64,000 nucleotides of DNA. Origin: Minutocellus sp. GHC0000111 (taxonomy: Eukaryota). Made by a program: the position numbers and the translations under genes. The stretch covers positions 2,666,001-2,730,000 of the forward strand of contig OZ361256.1 of NCBI GenBank assembly GCA_977018835.1. The letters are read 5' to 3'. The notes beneath the pieces are model-generated. The model was not told the origin of the DNA. It did not search any database and worked only from the letters and a program-made list of their open reading frames with translations. This document shows, piece after piece, positions 35,101-46,600 of the stretch; the first letter of the stretch is position 1; each line of letters opens with the position of its first letter.

Positions 35101-36352
35101 TTCCTCCGCCAAGGGGTGGTTACAGCCATTTTGGGGGGGCTTGACTGATGTTCGCGTGTTGCTCTCACTAAAGAGCATCAAGAACAAGATGGCCCTGACC
35201 ATTCCACTCGCGTGGGGCGAGTTTCTCGACTCTGCAGAGTGGTCTGTCATCTCCATATTCGCTGGCTGGATGGGCGAAGTTGAATTGAATGCATGGACAA
35301 TACTCGGATCTCTTTGGGGAATATTTGAGTACGCCCCAGAGGGTATTCATACCGCTGTGGTTATGCGATTGGCATTTCATCTCGGGCACGGCGACCCAAG
35401 GACCGCCAAAGTCACCGGCTACAAGTGCCTGGCATATTCTGGGACTTTATCACTCCTCATCTCGGTGGTCTATTTTGCTTGGCACAAGGAAATCATCGCT
35501 CTATTCACTTACAATGCAAATATTACGAACGTTCTCCAGAAGAACTCCCTTTTGATTGCCGTTGGAAACGTGATCCTCAGCTTGGGTGGCACTGCCGGCG
35601 TTATCCTAACTGCGCAGGGTCGCCCAGCTATAACAACCTGGATCTATTCTATCGGCGTGTGGGGCATGAGCGTCCCTCTTTCCGCGTGGTTCACATTTGG
35701 TCTGGAATACAACACCAGCGGCCTTGTCTGTGCCATGCTGATTGCCTACACTACGTCCTCGCTCGCATTGCTCTTTTGCGTATTTACAACAAATTGGGCT
35801 AAAGCTTCGATGGAGGCCATTGCAGCCGAAGCCGAGGAGGACGGTTCTTTTGACGGCGATGACTCTTCAACCATTGCACCACATTACTCAGTTGTGCAGG
35901 GAGGCAACTACGGAGATGACTTATCGACAGCAAAATCTGCATCTCAGTGTTCTCATAGCCCATCGACCTTCGCTCCAGGTATGCTTGAAGGACAAGAAGA
36001 CAATGATCATCGTACCTTGGAATCGCCAACACCAAAGCACGAACTCAGAACTGAACAAGGAGCAGATGCAACGACTACCTCAAAGCATCTGGCTTCTTTT
36101 GCAGCCTCTCCGCTAGATGATATATTGGAGTGCGACGAGGAAGATAATCTTTCGGCATATGGAATGGAGACAACCATGAGTCCCAGCGGAAATTTCACAA
36201 TCGTCGAGAATAGAGATGCCCGTTTCCGACAATGGGTCGGTGCTCGGCCATCCAAAGTCAAGAAAGGCAAGAAAAGACCCCCGAGAGCGCCAAAGAAAGG
36301 ATCTGGCTCAAGGAGAACAGGCGAAAGTCATTCTCCTACTATTGAGAAGTAA
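32149..36352 (+). pseudogene. MATE-family transporter copy 2, disrupted (intron 32330-32482; -1 shift ~33562, 8-bp insertion 33779-33786, TAG at 34337)
   Basis: Colinear with copy 1 and has the same intron position (WPI-V-Q). Three lesions found by comparison with copy 1, including AAG->TAG. The MATE domain itself (34352-36352) is open. Confidence 0.8.
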
Positions 36353-36410
36353 ACAATATACCTAGGTAACTGTATTTTACTACGTAGTACTCGCACTAAA
36401 TTAGTACAAG

Positions 36411-39400
36411 CTATTGTGTTTGATTCGCCGCCCAGGTAGCCAAATTTGCGCGAACTATTGCATCAACCCCCTGTGCGGGGGGCTTTACCTGGAATTGTGG
36501 GTACAAATTCCGCAGATTGAGAGATTCTGTGATGCGGGAGAGTGGTGATTCAACACTAGGAGTGCTTTCATCCAGACCATTCGCCCTACACTTTCCAGTG
36601 ACAATTGCGATACAGAATTTATGGCGCATCTTGTTGCCTTGCATTCGACGAGAGAAGACGAATTTCTTGTTCACTTCTGTCTCTTCCTCGGCAAAGCAAG
36701 TAATGTCACGAATGCATCCATTTGCCCGTAGCTTCGACCACTGAGCATTTCGTCCGAAATAAACCTCTTTATCTTCAAGGCTGTCCATGCTTGTACTCGT
36801 TAGCAATGTGCCAGGTGGTGAATTCTCAACCAGGTCGATATTGTCCGACAAGCAGAGGCTAGATCCATGCAAAATATCACACTGAATTTTCTCAGTCATC
36901 CGCTTGCCATTTTCGGTGATATGAAATGGCTGAGGATCCCACTTTGATGATAAAAATGTTGGCACTGTAAGACAAGAGTCTCCAGCAACTGTAGTAAATC
37001 GATTGGGGTATTTATTCAAGAGGAGGTCGGCAGCGGGTTTCTGGTAAGGTCGGTCAAATTTATCGAAAGAAACCACAACTGCATTGCGTGATGCTGAAAG
37101 AAAGAGCGCAGCGGAGTGACCTACACCAAAGCCGGTCTCACACCCACGAAGGGAGCGATTGGGGTAGGAGGCCTGCAGAGCTCTTTCTAGTCTTTGAATA
37201 ATAGTGAAGAATAATTGCCGTTGCCTTGGGTAGAGGAATATGCCCCCGGATACTCTTGCTTTCGGATACGTAGCAACCGTGGCGTCGATTGATTGCCACG
37301 AGGAAATCATTTCTTCTGGCAGCCCCCCTAGTAATTTCTGGGACGCTGCGGTCCTTGTCTCGGTTGTTAGCTCTGCATTTGCCGGGTTTTGTCTCTGGGT
37401 CCGTTTTGCGCGTTTCATACGTTTTTGCTGCGCTTTACCTCGTTTGTTTACTTGTTTTGGCATCTTATTTCGTTGACCCCCAACCGAATACTCAACTCTC
37501 ACCCTAATTCTGCCATCTTTTGCCTTTTTGGGACAGAAGAATTGCAAGCGCTCGTCGAATTTATTGCACGTGCCAAATGACGGTGCGATGTAGGTCTTCT
37601 CGTTTTCGTTTCGGCAAAACTCTCTTGGAATTTTTCCTTCGGCACATGTGCGGTGCTGAGGGATTTCTGTAGTCAGTAAGTTTATTGACCAAGATGGAAT
37701 TGCCGGTAGCTTGGCGTTTTCTGACCTCGTGCTCATCAAGCCTCGAAGTGTTTTGTAAATGTCGAAGCCACTAGCCATGCGCTCTTGGTTTGTCTTGAGA
37801 GCTTCAAGCGATATTCCAGATAAAGACTTGGGTACAATAATCTCCGTCCATGGTCTTGAATGTTCCACTTGGGTTGAGAAATCAGCAATGCTGGGCCCAT
37901 CTTGGAGACCATGGTCACTTCGGAGAATTATAATTGTGTTGCTAGCATCCGGTCTGGCTTTCATTTCTGTGAGAAGCACCAACAAATTCCGATCGTATAC
38001 TTCCGCATTGAGAGGCATTGCTTCCCATCGTGCAGCATAGTCGTGCGCTGCCATGGCATTTAGAAATGCAAATCTGGGAATATTCCTGTAAGATTCCCAC
38101 ATTTTCAATATAGATGCAAAAGGAATCAGGCTCTTCTCTACACCAGCATCGCCGTCAACGCAAGGCAAATGGAAGCCCGAATCTCCACTCCAGAGCATCT
38201 TTGGAGATATAGGATTATTATCTTTCGACGACAAATATCTCTCGGCGATTCGGCAGTGGGCTCTGTGAACTTCAATGTCGGTATTTAGCTCAAATACGTT
38301 ACCCTGCGTTACATATGGGCTCTCGTTGAAGCAGAATTCCTCTCCGAAAAGGGAGACGTATCCTAAATCGCGGGCGATGTCGAATAGGAAAGGAGATGGG
38401 CTATGGTCGGTACTCGAGGAGCTGGGGCACCATATAGATGCGTTGCGAAATGTGATGTGATGATATAGATGGAACTCCATTGCGTCGGGATCATTGCAGA
38501 ATCCATCCACAGTTGTGCCTTTGCATTCTTCATCGGGGTGTGACGTCAAGCATCCACTGAGGGCAGATACCTACGTATACGTAGCGCAAAAACGGAGTGC
38601 GATTGTGTAAGTTGAGAAAGAATAAAGAATAGAAAAAGCATCACTAGCAACGCCATCTTCATCGCTTCTCACCTGGTTTGATATGCTGTTGGGCCCAGTT
38701 ACCGAGAATCTCTGGCTGAGATCCACTGCGCACAATCCTGAGTTACAAGTCAGCTCGCCTTGCTCGTTTCTTTTAATGCGATGTCCGCTAAGAAATTCTC
38801 TAGTCAGAGAGAAATGCCGGTCGGCATATGCAATGGAAGCAGAGTCGACCTCAATGAAAAGAATGTTCGGCGGAAGAGCGTTGTGTTTCTTTCCTCTACG
38901 TTGCTGTTGCGAGCGGTGTAAAATAGCGGGATCTCTCTCAACTCGCGTTTCAAATAACAGTGTTCGGTTGGGACAATCTACAAAGGCAAAGTATTCGTGG
39001 GGGGCTTCCACAGCCCTCCCACTTCCCTTCCACGGATGGTGACTGCATTCATACCAATTCCGATGACTTGTGGAACAATTGCACGGTATAGCGAACGAAT
39101 TATCATATAGCTCTCTCTTTGAAAGAGCGTCTCCTTCCGCGCATACTGCTCTCTTTTCTTTCTGGATCGAAGGTATATCTGCATAGTAAGATAACATTGA
39201 TGCCGGCGACTTCATCTCTACTACGTCGCCACTGACCGCTCCTTCTACTTTGGCTTCATTCTGTTCCAAAATGTCGCATAGATACCGAGGAATTGTCATT
39301 GTTCCGTGGCATCTCTTCCTTGCACCTGAGAGCGGCCTCATGAGAGATGTGCCTCTCGCATCAATCTTCCTGCCGTGGTTAGTAGAACCCATCCTCTCCC

Positions 39401-41645
39401 CAAAGAGTAGGTGACGCATTGTAGCGTAGGCGTCAAGAGGCGTAGTCCACAAATCTGCGTTGGCCTGCAAAGCACCACCAGGTCCCATGGATGTCCATTT
39501 AGATGGAGGTTTCATGAAAAGTATCGGACTCGCTCCGTCTTGCCTCCCTTGAAGCGTCTGAAAATATGACCCATGGGATAGTCCGCTCTGTGATACAACA
39601 ACGACGAGGGCATTATCAAACTCAGATGGATTCAGATCCCGCCATGTTCCCAACAAAGACATTAAAGGATCATCTAGAGCCGCAGAGAGAACATTCGTGT
39701 CCTCCTGGGTATCAGAGAAAGAGAGCAATGCCGCCCAAGGTCTTCCTTCTCCCTGTTCGTACGCATCGATGAATTGCGCAGCGTGTTCAACCAGGCGCAT
39801 TGCCGCAGCTTTCCCAGCGATGCAGTTTGGTCGTTCGAAATCAAAGCAATTCATTTCATGCAGAGCAGAGCCGTGTGTTGAATTAGCCAATAGGCTTGGG
39901 TTGGGATCATCCTCTCGAACACATGCATCCTTTCCCTTGAAAATAGCGTAACCTCGATGACGTAAATCATCCCACATCCAACGCTCGTCTCTCCCATTTT
40001 GAGATGGCATATGTTGGCCTGCGAAGAGTGCTGCGTGATTTGCTTCTCGTGCTAGAGCAACCGGTGTGTACCGATCCAACGAAACAAAACCAGCATCTTC
40101 CAGCAAAGCTCTTGTCTTGGGGAGCATTTGCTTGAATAGCGGCCGGCTTATAGTGTCTATTTCTAGCACCATGAGATTGCTTGGGCCAAGTGCGCCATTA
40201 TTGGGCTCGTCCCACCTTCTTCCATCAACATTCATCGCGGGAATGATACGAGTTGCGCATGCGGACGCCCCCCTCCGACCGCCACAACCCCTTATGTGGG
40301 CACATACTGCTTCGGACAGTGCAACGCTGGGTCCCGAGATCCAAAAGCGATCTAATCGCTCTGGATCAGAAACAATCGCGTTGCCACAATAGACATTGAC
40401 ACTGTTGAGGAATTCTTTTGCTGATACAGTCGACCCTTTGTCGTTGATTTCTGATAGCCCCACCGCTCGGCTTCGATCTGCCTCCGAAGTAAACTGTAGT
40501 CTAGCTGCTGCTTTGCAAGATTTCACAAAGATATAGCAATCTCCAGTGTCTTTGTCGACCTTCGGTTTGCCGGCCCCAAGAGTCGCAAAGTAGGTCCTTG
40601 CACTCGGGATCGCAAGATCAAGACCCTTTGTTGCAAATAAATATGCCGAAAATGTTCCATCTCCTACCGCCGCTGTTTCTGCGCCGTGCTGGAAGAATGC
40701 TGATGCACCGTCCCGATCCCGCCCAACAAGGGCATTCGGTGAGTACAGCTTCAAGCTGTGCGACGAACTCAGTAACGATACCTTGTAATCCATTTCTGAG
40801 AGTGTTATGGCAGACTCAAGCCCATTGGTGACGGTCACATCTCCGCGCGCCGTTGCATTTCTGACAATCGTCGCGCTCACCCGAAAGACAATGAATTTGA
40901 TGGGCACGTTGGACAGTATGCTTGATGCGATATCTGTCGCCAATGCATTCTCAGACCCAACAGGTGGATCAAACACCGCCAACAATATTGATCTCGGCGG
41001 GCCCGACGCCGACGACATTTGGGTGTCCCACCATTTTGTTAGTTCGGTAAACATCACATCGGCGCTTGGATTACCGACAATGGAATGCACCCGATGTCCC
41101 TCGTCGGTGGCATATCGCACGAATGACGGTCCGATGGAGGCATTGGTCCTTAGTTCATCCAATTCGGACAATGACGACGATGGTCCCAAGTCTTTGGACA
41201 CCACCAGCACACTCGTTGGTTCGTCTTCGTCATCTTCCACCATGCTGCCGTGACGGGTCAAGAGCCGAGCGGCAAGGTCCCTCATCACATATCCAAAATA
41301 GGTCGACTTGGAGTTCGCCACGTATCCCGGCCGTCGGCTGAGACTTCGTTGGAGTACCTCCAGCTCTGTCAGATCGTTGATTGCCAGTGGAGACGATGGG
41401 ACTTTTTCGGAAGGGGAAATGTTGCGAGCTTGAGCATGAGAATGATCGTTGGCATGAACACGACGCCGCTCCTTCCGTGGCATGTCTCGGTACGGACCCT
41501 GGCGATAGTCGTGACCACCGTCGTAGTGCTCGATCCCGAGCGACCCCAGGGAGGCGTTGGCATTGGCATGGCGGTGCAGAAGGTAGACGGAAACTATGAC
41601 CACGGCGACCGCGGTGCAGAGCAGCCGGCGGAGCCTTGCGCTCAT
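36411..41645 (-). CDS. ~1710-aa type II membrane protein: two DUF229-like (alkaline-phosphatase/sulfatase superfamily) units + C-terminal SAM-dependent methyltransferase; 2 exons (intron 38571-38672)
   Basis: N-terminal TM. NLMVLEIDTISR...LPKT and NILFIEVDSAS...FSVTGPNSISNQ|VSALSG (CAG|GTGAGA...GTAG|GTA), AAHD, IIILRSDHG, DIYKTL, RTCAEGKIPREFC; then CETGFGVGHSAALFL...VVSFD (class I MTase motif I). Confidence 0.75.
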
Positions 41646-42088
41646 AATAATACTGCCCGCTCAGCACCAATGCGACCACCTAATGCCTATCGATCAAGTC
41701 AATCCATTCAATGTCTGCATGCGGCGATGAGGGCCGAGAAAGCAAGCGGGCCGACAGGTACTCAAGGGCCGAACGGCATGGCGGCTTCTGACTGACTTGC
41801 GTGCCGAGAAAAAATGAGGCGGTCGGTCTGTCCGTCGATTCAACCTCGCCGACGAGGAAACGCATTCGTCATTCGACGACCAGGTGGCCTTGTTGATCAG
41901 GTGATGGTGGACCCTTGATACTTACATGTACCACCAAACGCCGCCATGATTGACAATTCTTGGGTGACATACTAACGTATTACCGCTTGCAGGTGTTGAG
42001 TGAGCTCCGAGTGTGCGTGAAGCTTCATTCAGCGGCTCAGCGAGCGGCGCTTGCACGTTCTGTGCCAAAATAACATCGCATACACAAC

Positions 42089-43600
42089 ATGCCATACGAA
42101 CGCCGGACTCTGTCCATCCTCCTGTGCATGATCGTCACCGGCGCCCTACGGTCGGTGGCGGTCAAGCTCTTGTATCAGATTGGGCTGTCGGCTCCGTTTT
42201 TTGTAACTTTGCTGTATCTTTGCGGTCAGTCGCTAAGTTTAGTGGTGCATTTCGTCGGTAGACGGTTGGGCATCGTCAAGGAACGTTCAGAGCAGGTGAA
42301 TACCAGCAATGGCAAAGCTGGCGGTAACGTCGAAGCAAAGGCAGCAACACGGAAGAATGGGGGCGAGAGTTATGCTAAAGTTGATTCTGAAGCATTCGAA
42401 GAGACTTTTGATAATGACGAACACGTAGCGCCACAATGCAATGGCACAGCATCTTCATCACAGCATGCAAAGCCATCATTGCCTCCACCCAGCCGGCAGC
42501 GATCGGGCTCTCTTACCGGCCTAACAGAAGAATCATCCGAGGCCGTGTCCTACATTCACAGGATACCGCACTCTCTCAAACCTGCCGTGCCGGGACTTTT
42601 CAATCTGATAAATAGCGGTATGAGATGGGCGTCCCTCGTATTCGTTCCAGCCTCGACCGCCGAAATGCTGATTAGTGGATTGGAATTGATCTTGAGTACT
42701 GTTGCCGCCAGGCTTATACGGAAGAGAATGATATCCGTGCAAAGATGGGGCGGTGTTTGCATCGTAGCAGTTGGGCTGATTGTTGTTCGTTTGTCTGAGA
42801 TATCACCTGCAAGTGATGATTCCGGTGATAAAAATGATGTGCTCCATTCCACCAACATTGTGAACGAGGACGACATCATTGCCGAGGAGGGAGCTAGCAT
42901 CGATAATGACGCAGCTTTGTCGGAACCATCTGAAACAAAAATTACAGGTCGGTTGATTGGAGATATTCTTATTATCGGTCAATGCATCATGTCAGTCCTG
43001 CAGGATCTTGCAGAAGAATTATTCATGCACGAGGCTGAGCTCTCGCCGACGTTGTTCCTGGGGTGGGAGGGCATCTTCGGTTTAGCATTTGGCCTTCCCC
43101 TGTACTTACCCCTCGCGCCATTGTTGGGAGAGGATCCTACCGAGGTGTGGGCGCTACTGCAGTCATCCAAATGGATTCTGACATATGTGATTGGGTTGAT
43201 ACTTCTCTTTAACATTACTGGTGTCTTCAACATTGTCGCGACATCAGTGACGTCCTCCATGACCCGCAACATTTGGAAGAACTTCAGGTCCTTGGTAGTT
43301 TGGATATTGGGATTGTGCATTTACTACTCATCGGGGAATGACAGTCTTGGAGAGGAGTGGAAAGTGCCCGCTTCCTTTGTGACATTGTTTGGCTTTGCAA
43401 CGATGTTGGGCGGCGTCTGTTTGTATTATCGCACACGGGAGGCGACCACAGATGCCTGCAACTGCCAATGGGGAAGAATGCGGTACAGTGCCGAAAGCAT
43501 CGAGATGGGCAATGAGCCAATAGCCATCCCGTCCGTTGAGCTAGCAAACGTTGACAACAACGTCGAGGATCACTCCGCTGCGCACGGTGAAGTAACATAG
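42089..43600 (+). CDS. SLC35F6-like nucleotide-sugar/DMT-superfamily transporter
   Basis: About 10 hydrophobic helices; VPGLFNL, PASTAEML, GWEGIFG, FNIVATSVTSSMTRNIWKNFRSLVVW (cf. SLC35F6 SATTRMVLDSLRTVVIW), GFATMLGGVCLY. Confidence 0.8.
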   Translation: MPYERRTLSILLCMIVTGALRSVAVKLLYQIGLSAPFFVTLLYLCGQSLSLVVHFVGRRLGIVKERSEQVNTSNGKAGGNVEAKAATRKNGGESYAKVDSEAFEETFDNDEHVAPQCNGTASSSQHAKPSLPPPSRQRSGSLTGLTEESSEAVSYIHRIPHSLKPAVPGLFNLINSGMRWASLVFVPASTAEMLISGLELILSTVAARLIRKRMISVQRWGGVCIVAVGLIVVRLSEISPASDDSGDKNDVLHSTNIVNEDDIIAEEGASIDNDAALSEPSETKITGRLIGDILIIGQCIMSVLQDLAEELFMHEAELSPTLFLGWEGIFGLAFGLPLYLPLAPLLGEDPTEVWALLQSSKWILTYVIGLILLFNITGVFNIVATSVTSSMTRNIWKNFRSLVVWILGLCIYYSSGNDSLGEEWKVPASFVTLFGFATMLGGVCLYYRTREATTDACNCQWGRMRYSAESIEMGNEPIAIPSVELANVDNNVEDHSAAHGEVT

Positions 43601-43678
43601 AGAAGATATTTTGGGTTGCCTGAAGTCACTATGATTAAGTTTGATCTCATTTCTACAGCGGCACAACAGAAGAGAGAT

Positions 43679-46600
43679 CTATCGTTTGGATCTCCTCGAG
43701 AGGACAAGAGCTCCGACAACCAGCAGTCCGCCGACAACAGCGGCGGATGCCCAGAGCTTGGAACTGTCGTTCGATTGCTTCGCCGGTGCCTTTCTGCTTT
43801 CATTTTCGGGAACCTCTTTTCCATCTACATCATCTACATCGCCTTCTGTCGAAACAAAGCTGTCACGAGACCGAGCGACAGGAGTAACATCAGTCGCATC
43901 GTCAGCAACATCCGCATCCTCACTCGTCGGCGTATTGGAAGCTGCAGATTCAATCTTGCCATTCTCATCTTGGGAAATACCTCGAAGTCCCACGGCAGGC
44001 GCTTCTTCCGAAGTGCGAACTCCCTCGGTGACCGAGGAAGCTTCTTGCTTTTCAACGTCGGCTGGAGTCTCTACAATGGCTGGCGGAGAAATGCCCTCGA
44101 CAGCAGCAGGAGATTCGCCGAGAGAGGCTTCCTCACTCTCCATTAATTCTCTCTGTCGCTTCGCTTCATCCTTTTTCTTCTTTTCTTCAGTACTTACAGG
44201 AGGACATACAATGCTAGCATCGTCGTCTTCGTCCGTCTTACCCTCGTCGATGCATTCGGAGAAGTAGTCTTCGACCTCCTGGCAGCTCAGGCCGTCCCTG
44301 CTGATAAGCTCAAGAGGATCGGTCTCGAAGCGGGAATTATCGAGGTCCCGATCCATCTCCGCCATATGCAGGGGGGTAGCAGTCGCTCCGGGGGAGAAAA
44401 GGATCTCAAGGCGGAAACGCTTGGGATCATTCATGTCCTTCTTCGGATCTTCAAACAACCGGAAGACGATCTGGGTGAGATAACACAGCTCAGGAGTTCG
44501 ATCAACAACGTCACGACCTCGCTTGGACAGGGCAAAACTTGAGCTTCTTGAGTCGTTGTACGTGAATCTCAGCACGTTAAGAAGGGTGTGCAGATGACTC
44601 TCCGAAGTAAAGTAAAGCCGAGTTCGGACGCGACGGCCCATGGTGTTGATAGGGAGGTCGGCTGAGTACTCCATATTGATCATGTACCTCATATCGACTT
44701 GGTCGTCTGTTCTTGCAATGATAAGATCGTACCTGAGGAACAGAAAACGGGCGGTAGAAAAAGAAGAGGGAGGAGAAGTCGTGTTAGATACCAGCTCATA
44801 ACAGATGACCCCAACAAAAACTATAAGAAATTTGCCCAACCAGTTCGTCGAATAATAAAACATACTTGATCTTATCGAGGAGGAGACGGCACATCTTTTG
44901 ACCAATACTGCGCTTCTCAATAATGGTTGTACCATACTCTTGAGGAACGACACAATCGGCCATGGTCTTGGCCATGTTGTACAACTTCTCGAGGGTCTCA
45001 GTGAGGCCAAGATGGGGGTTGTGCAGCATGTCGAACCGGACGTTGTCGTGAACATCTGGAACGCGTGAGAGATCGAAGGTATCTGTGTCTTCGTCGTAGA
45101 ATTTGCGGTAGAGAAGGCGCCAGCGCTCAGTGAGCTCGAGGAGAGTTTCGCCCTTGTAGAGCTTGATGTGAACTGCGCTAAGGGCACTCTCTCCTACCCC
45201 TTCCTTGTCAGTACCTTCGGGGTTACTCTCATCACAACTTGTCAGGAGACCAAGCATCTCATCGAGCTGTTCTAGTAGGTCGGCCATGGTAGAGCGGATA
45301 GCGAATAGCGCCTTGCGAGGATTCTTCACCTCCCGGAGTGCGGCATGGAGAGACGTGAGCTCTACAGGTCCCACAATCTCCTCGTGTTCCTCGACGGATG
45401 TCTCGTCAAAGTCAACATCTTTCTGAAGGTTCTCATTGATCTTCTTCTTACAAATTTCCAGCTCTTTTTTCACCTCCTTGTTTCCAGATGGATCCAACAT
45501 ATGGATACTGTCCTTCTCCTTGTGCACGAGAGATACAAGGATGGGCGGAATTTCGCCCTCGAGCTCGAGCAGGCCCTTGGCGCCGGCGGCGGCAGTCTTC
45601 ATCACCCTGCCCTCATCGGACGTCTTGATCTTGAGGTCGTGGCGGAAGGTTGAGTGAAGACGAAGAACGCCGCCACCGCTGGCATCCGGATATAATTCGT
45701 GGCGGATCCGCTGACCAAGGTTGATGGCCTGCTTTTCACCGAGCTTCGTAAGGTTTCCACCCCACTTGAGAATCAATTGGACCTCGGTGCATTTGACGAT
45801 TTCCTTGCCATCTTCTCCAACAGTTTCGTCCCACTTCTGCGGCTTGATCTGCAGCTTGCGGTTGAGACCGCCAATCTTCCACCGCTGTAACACGTCGCGC
45901 ATGTGCCTCAGCTTGTAAAGGAGCTTCCCATCGTCGGAATTCTTTTTCTTTTTCCCTCCATAAGATCTCGCCTCTTCTTCCTTATCGGCAATCATAATGC
46001 AAATAGTTTTGAGGAATTCTTCGAGCGGCTTCTTGGCTTTGACCTTGAGATCCTTCTTGGGAGTCTTGCAGTGCTCGTGGAAGTAGGCCAGGATACGAGG
46101 CTCCGTCATGATCACCTTGAGCTTCTGCTTCGGCGTGCGATCGCCGTGGCGAATGACCGCAATAACGCAGCGAAGTTCCTCCTTGTGGGTGCTGGGCTCC
46201 TTCACGCTGACAACCTCCTCGTCGCCATCATCGACGACAGAACTGGCCGCTGATGTGACGATCGAGGGAGGCTCAACGGCCAACTTATGCGGAATCTGGC
46301 TGATGGGCATGGCACCTTCCTCAAGAGTTGTCGGAGCCTGAACAGAGTTCGTATCCGATTCCGTTCTTGCTGGCGACAACGGCACAATATCGGCAGACGA
46401 CTCTTCCGGGGGCTTGGGCTCACCCTTGAGCATCCTGCTGACGCGCTGGATAGCAGATGGTGCGGGCTTCTTGGCCTTTTTCGGTGTGATTTGGTTGTCT
46501 GGCATCGTTGTCAGCAGCGGATCAAGAGCCGAGAAGCAATTGAGACGAGTTGGTCTGACGGCCGCCAGCATGTGCTCCGTGAGGATCTGCGCGCAATCGT

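Noticed and set aside
41880..41992. ACTAAC...TTGCAG branch/acceptor-like signal upstream of the SLC35 gene
   Set aside because: A 5' UTR intron is possible, but there is no convincing donor and no transcript evidence.
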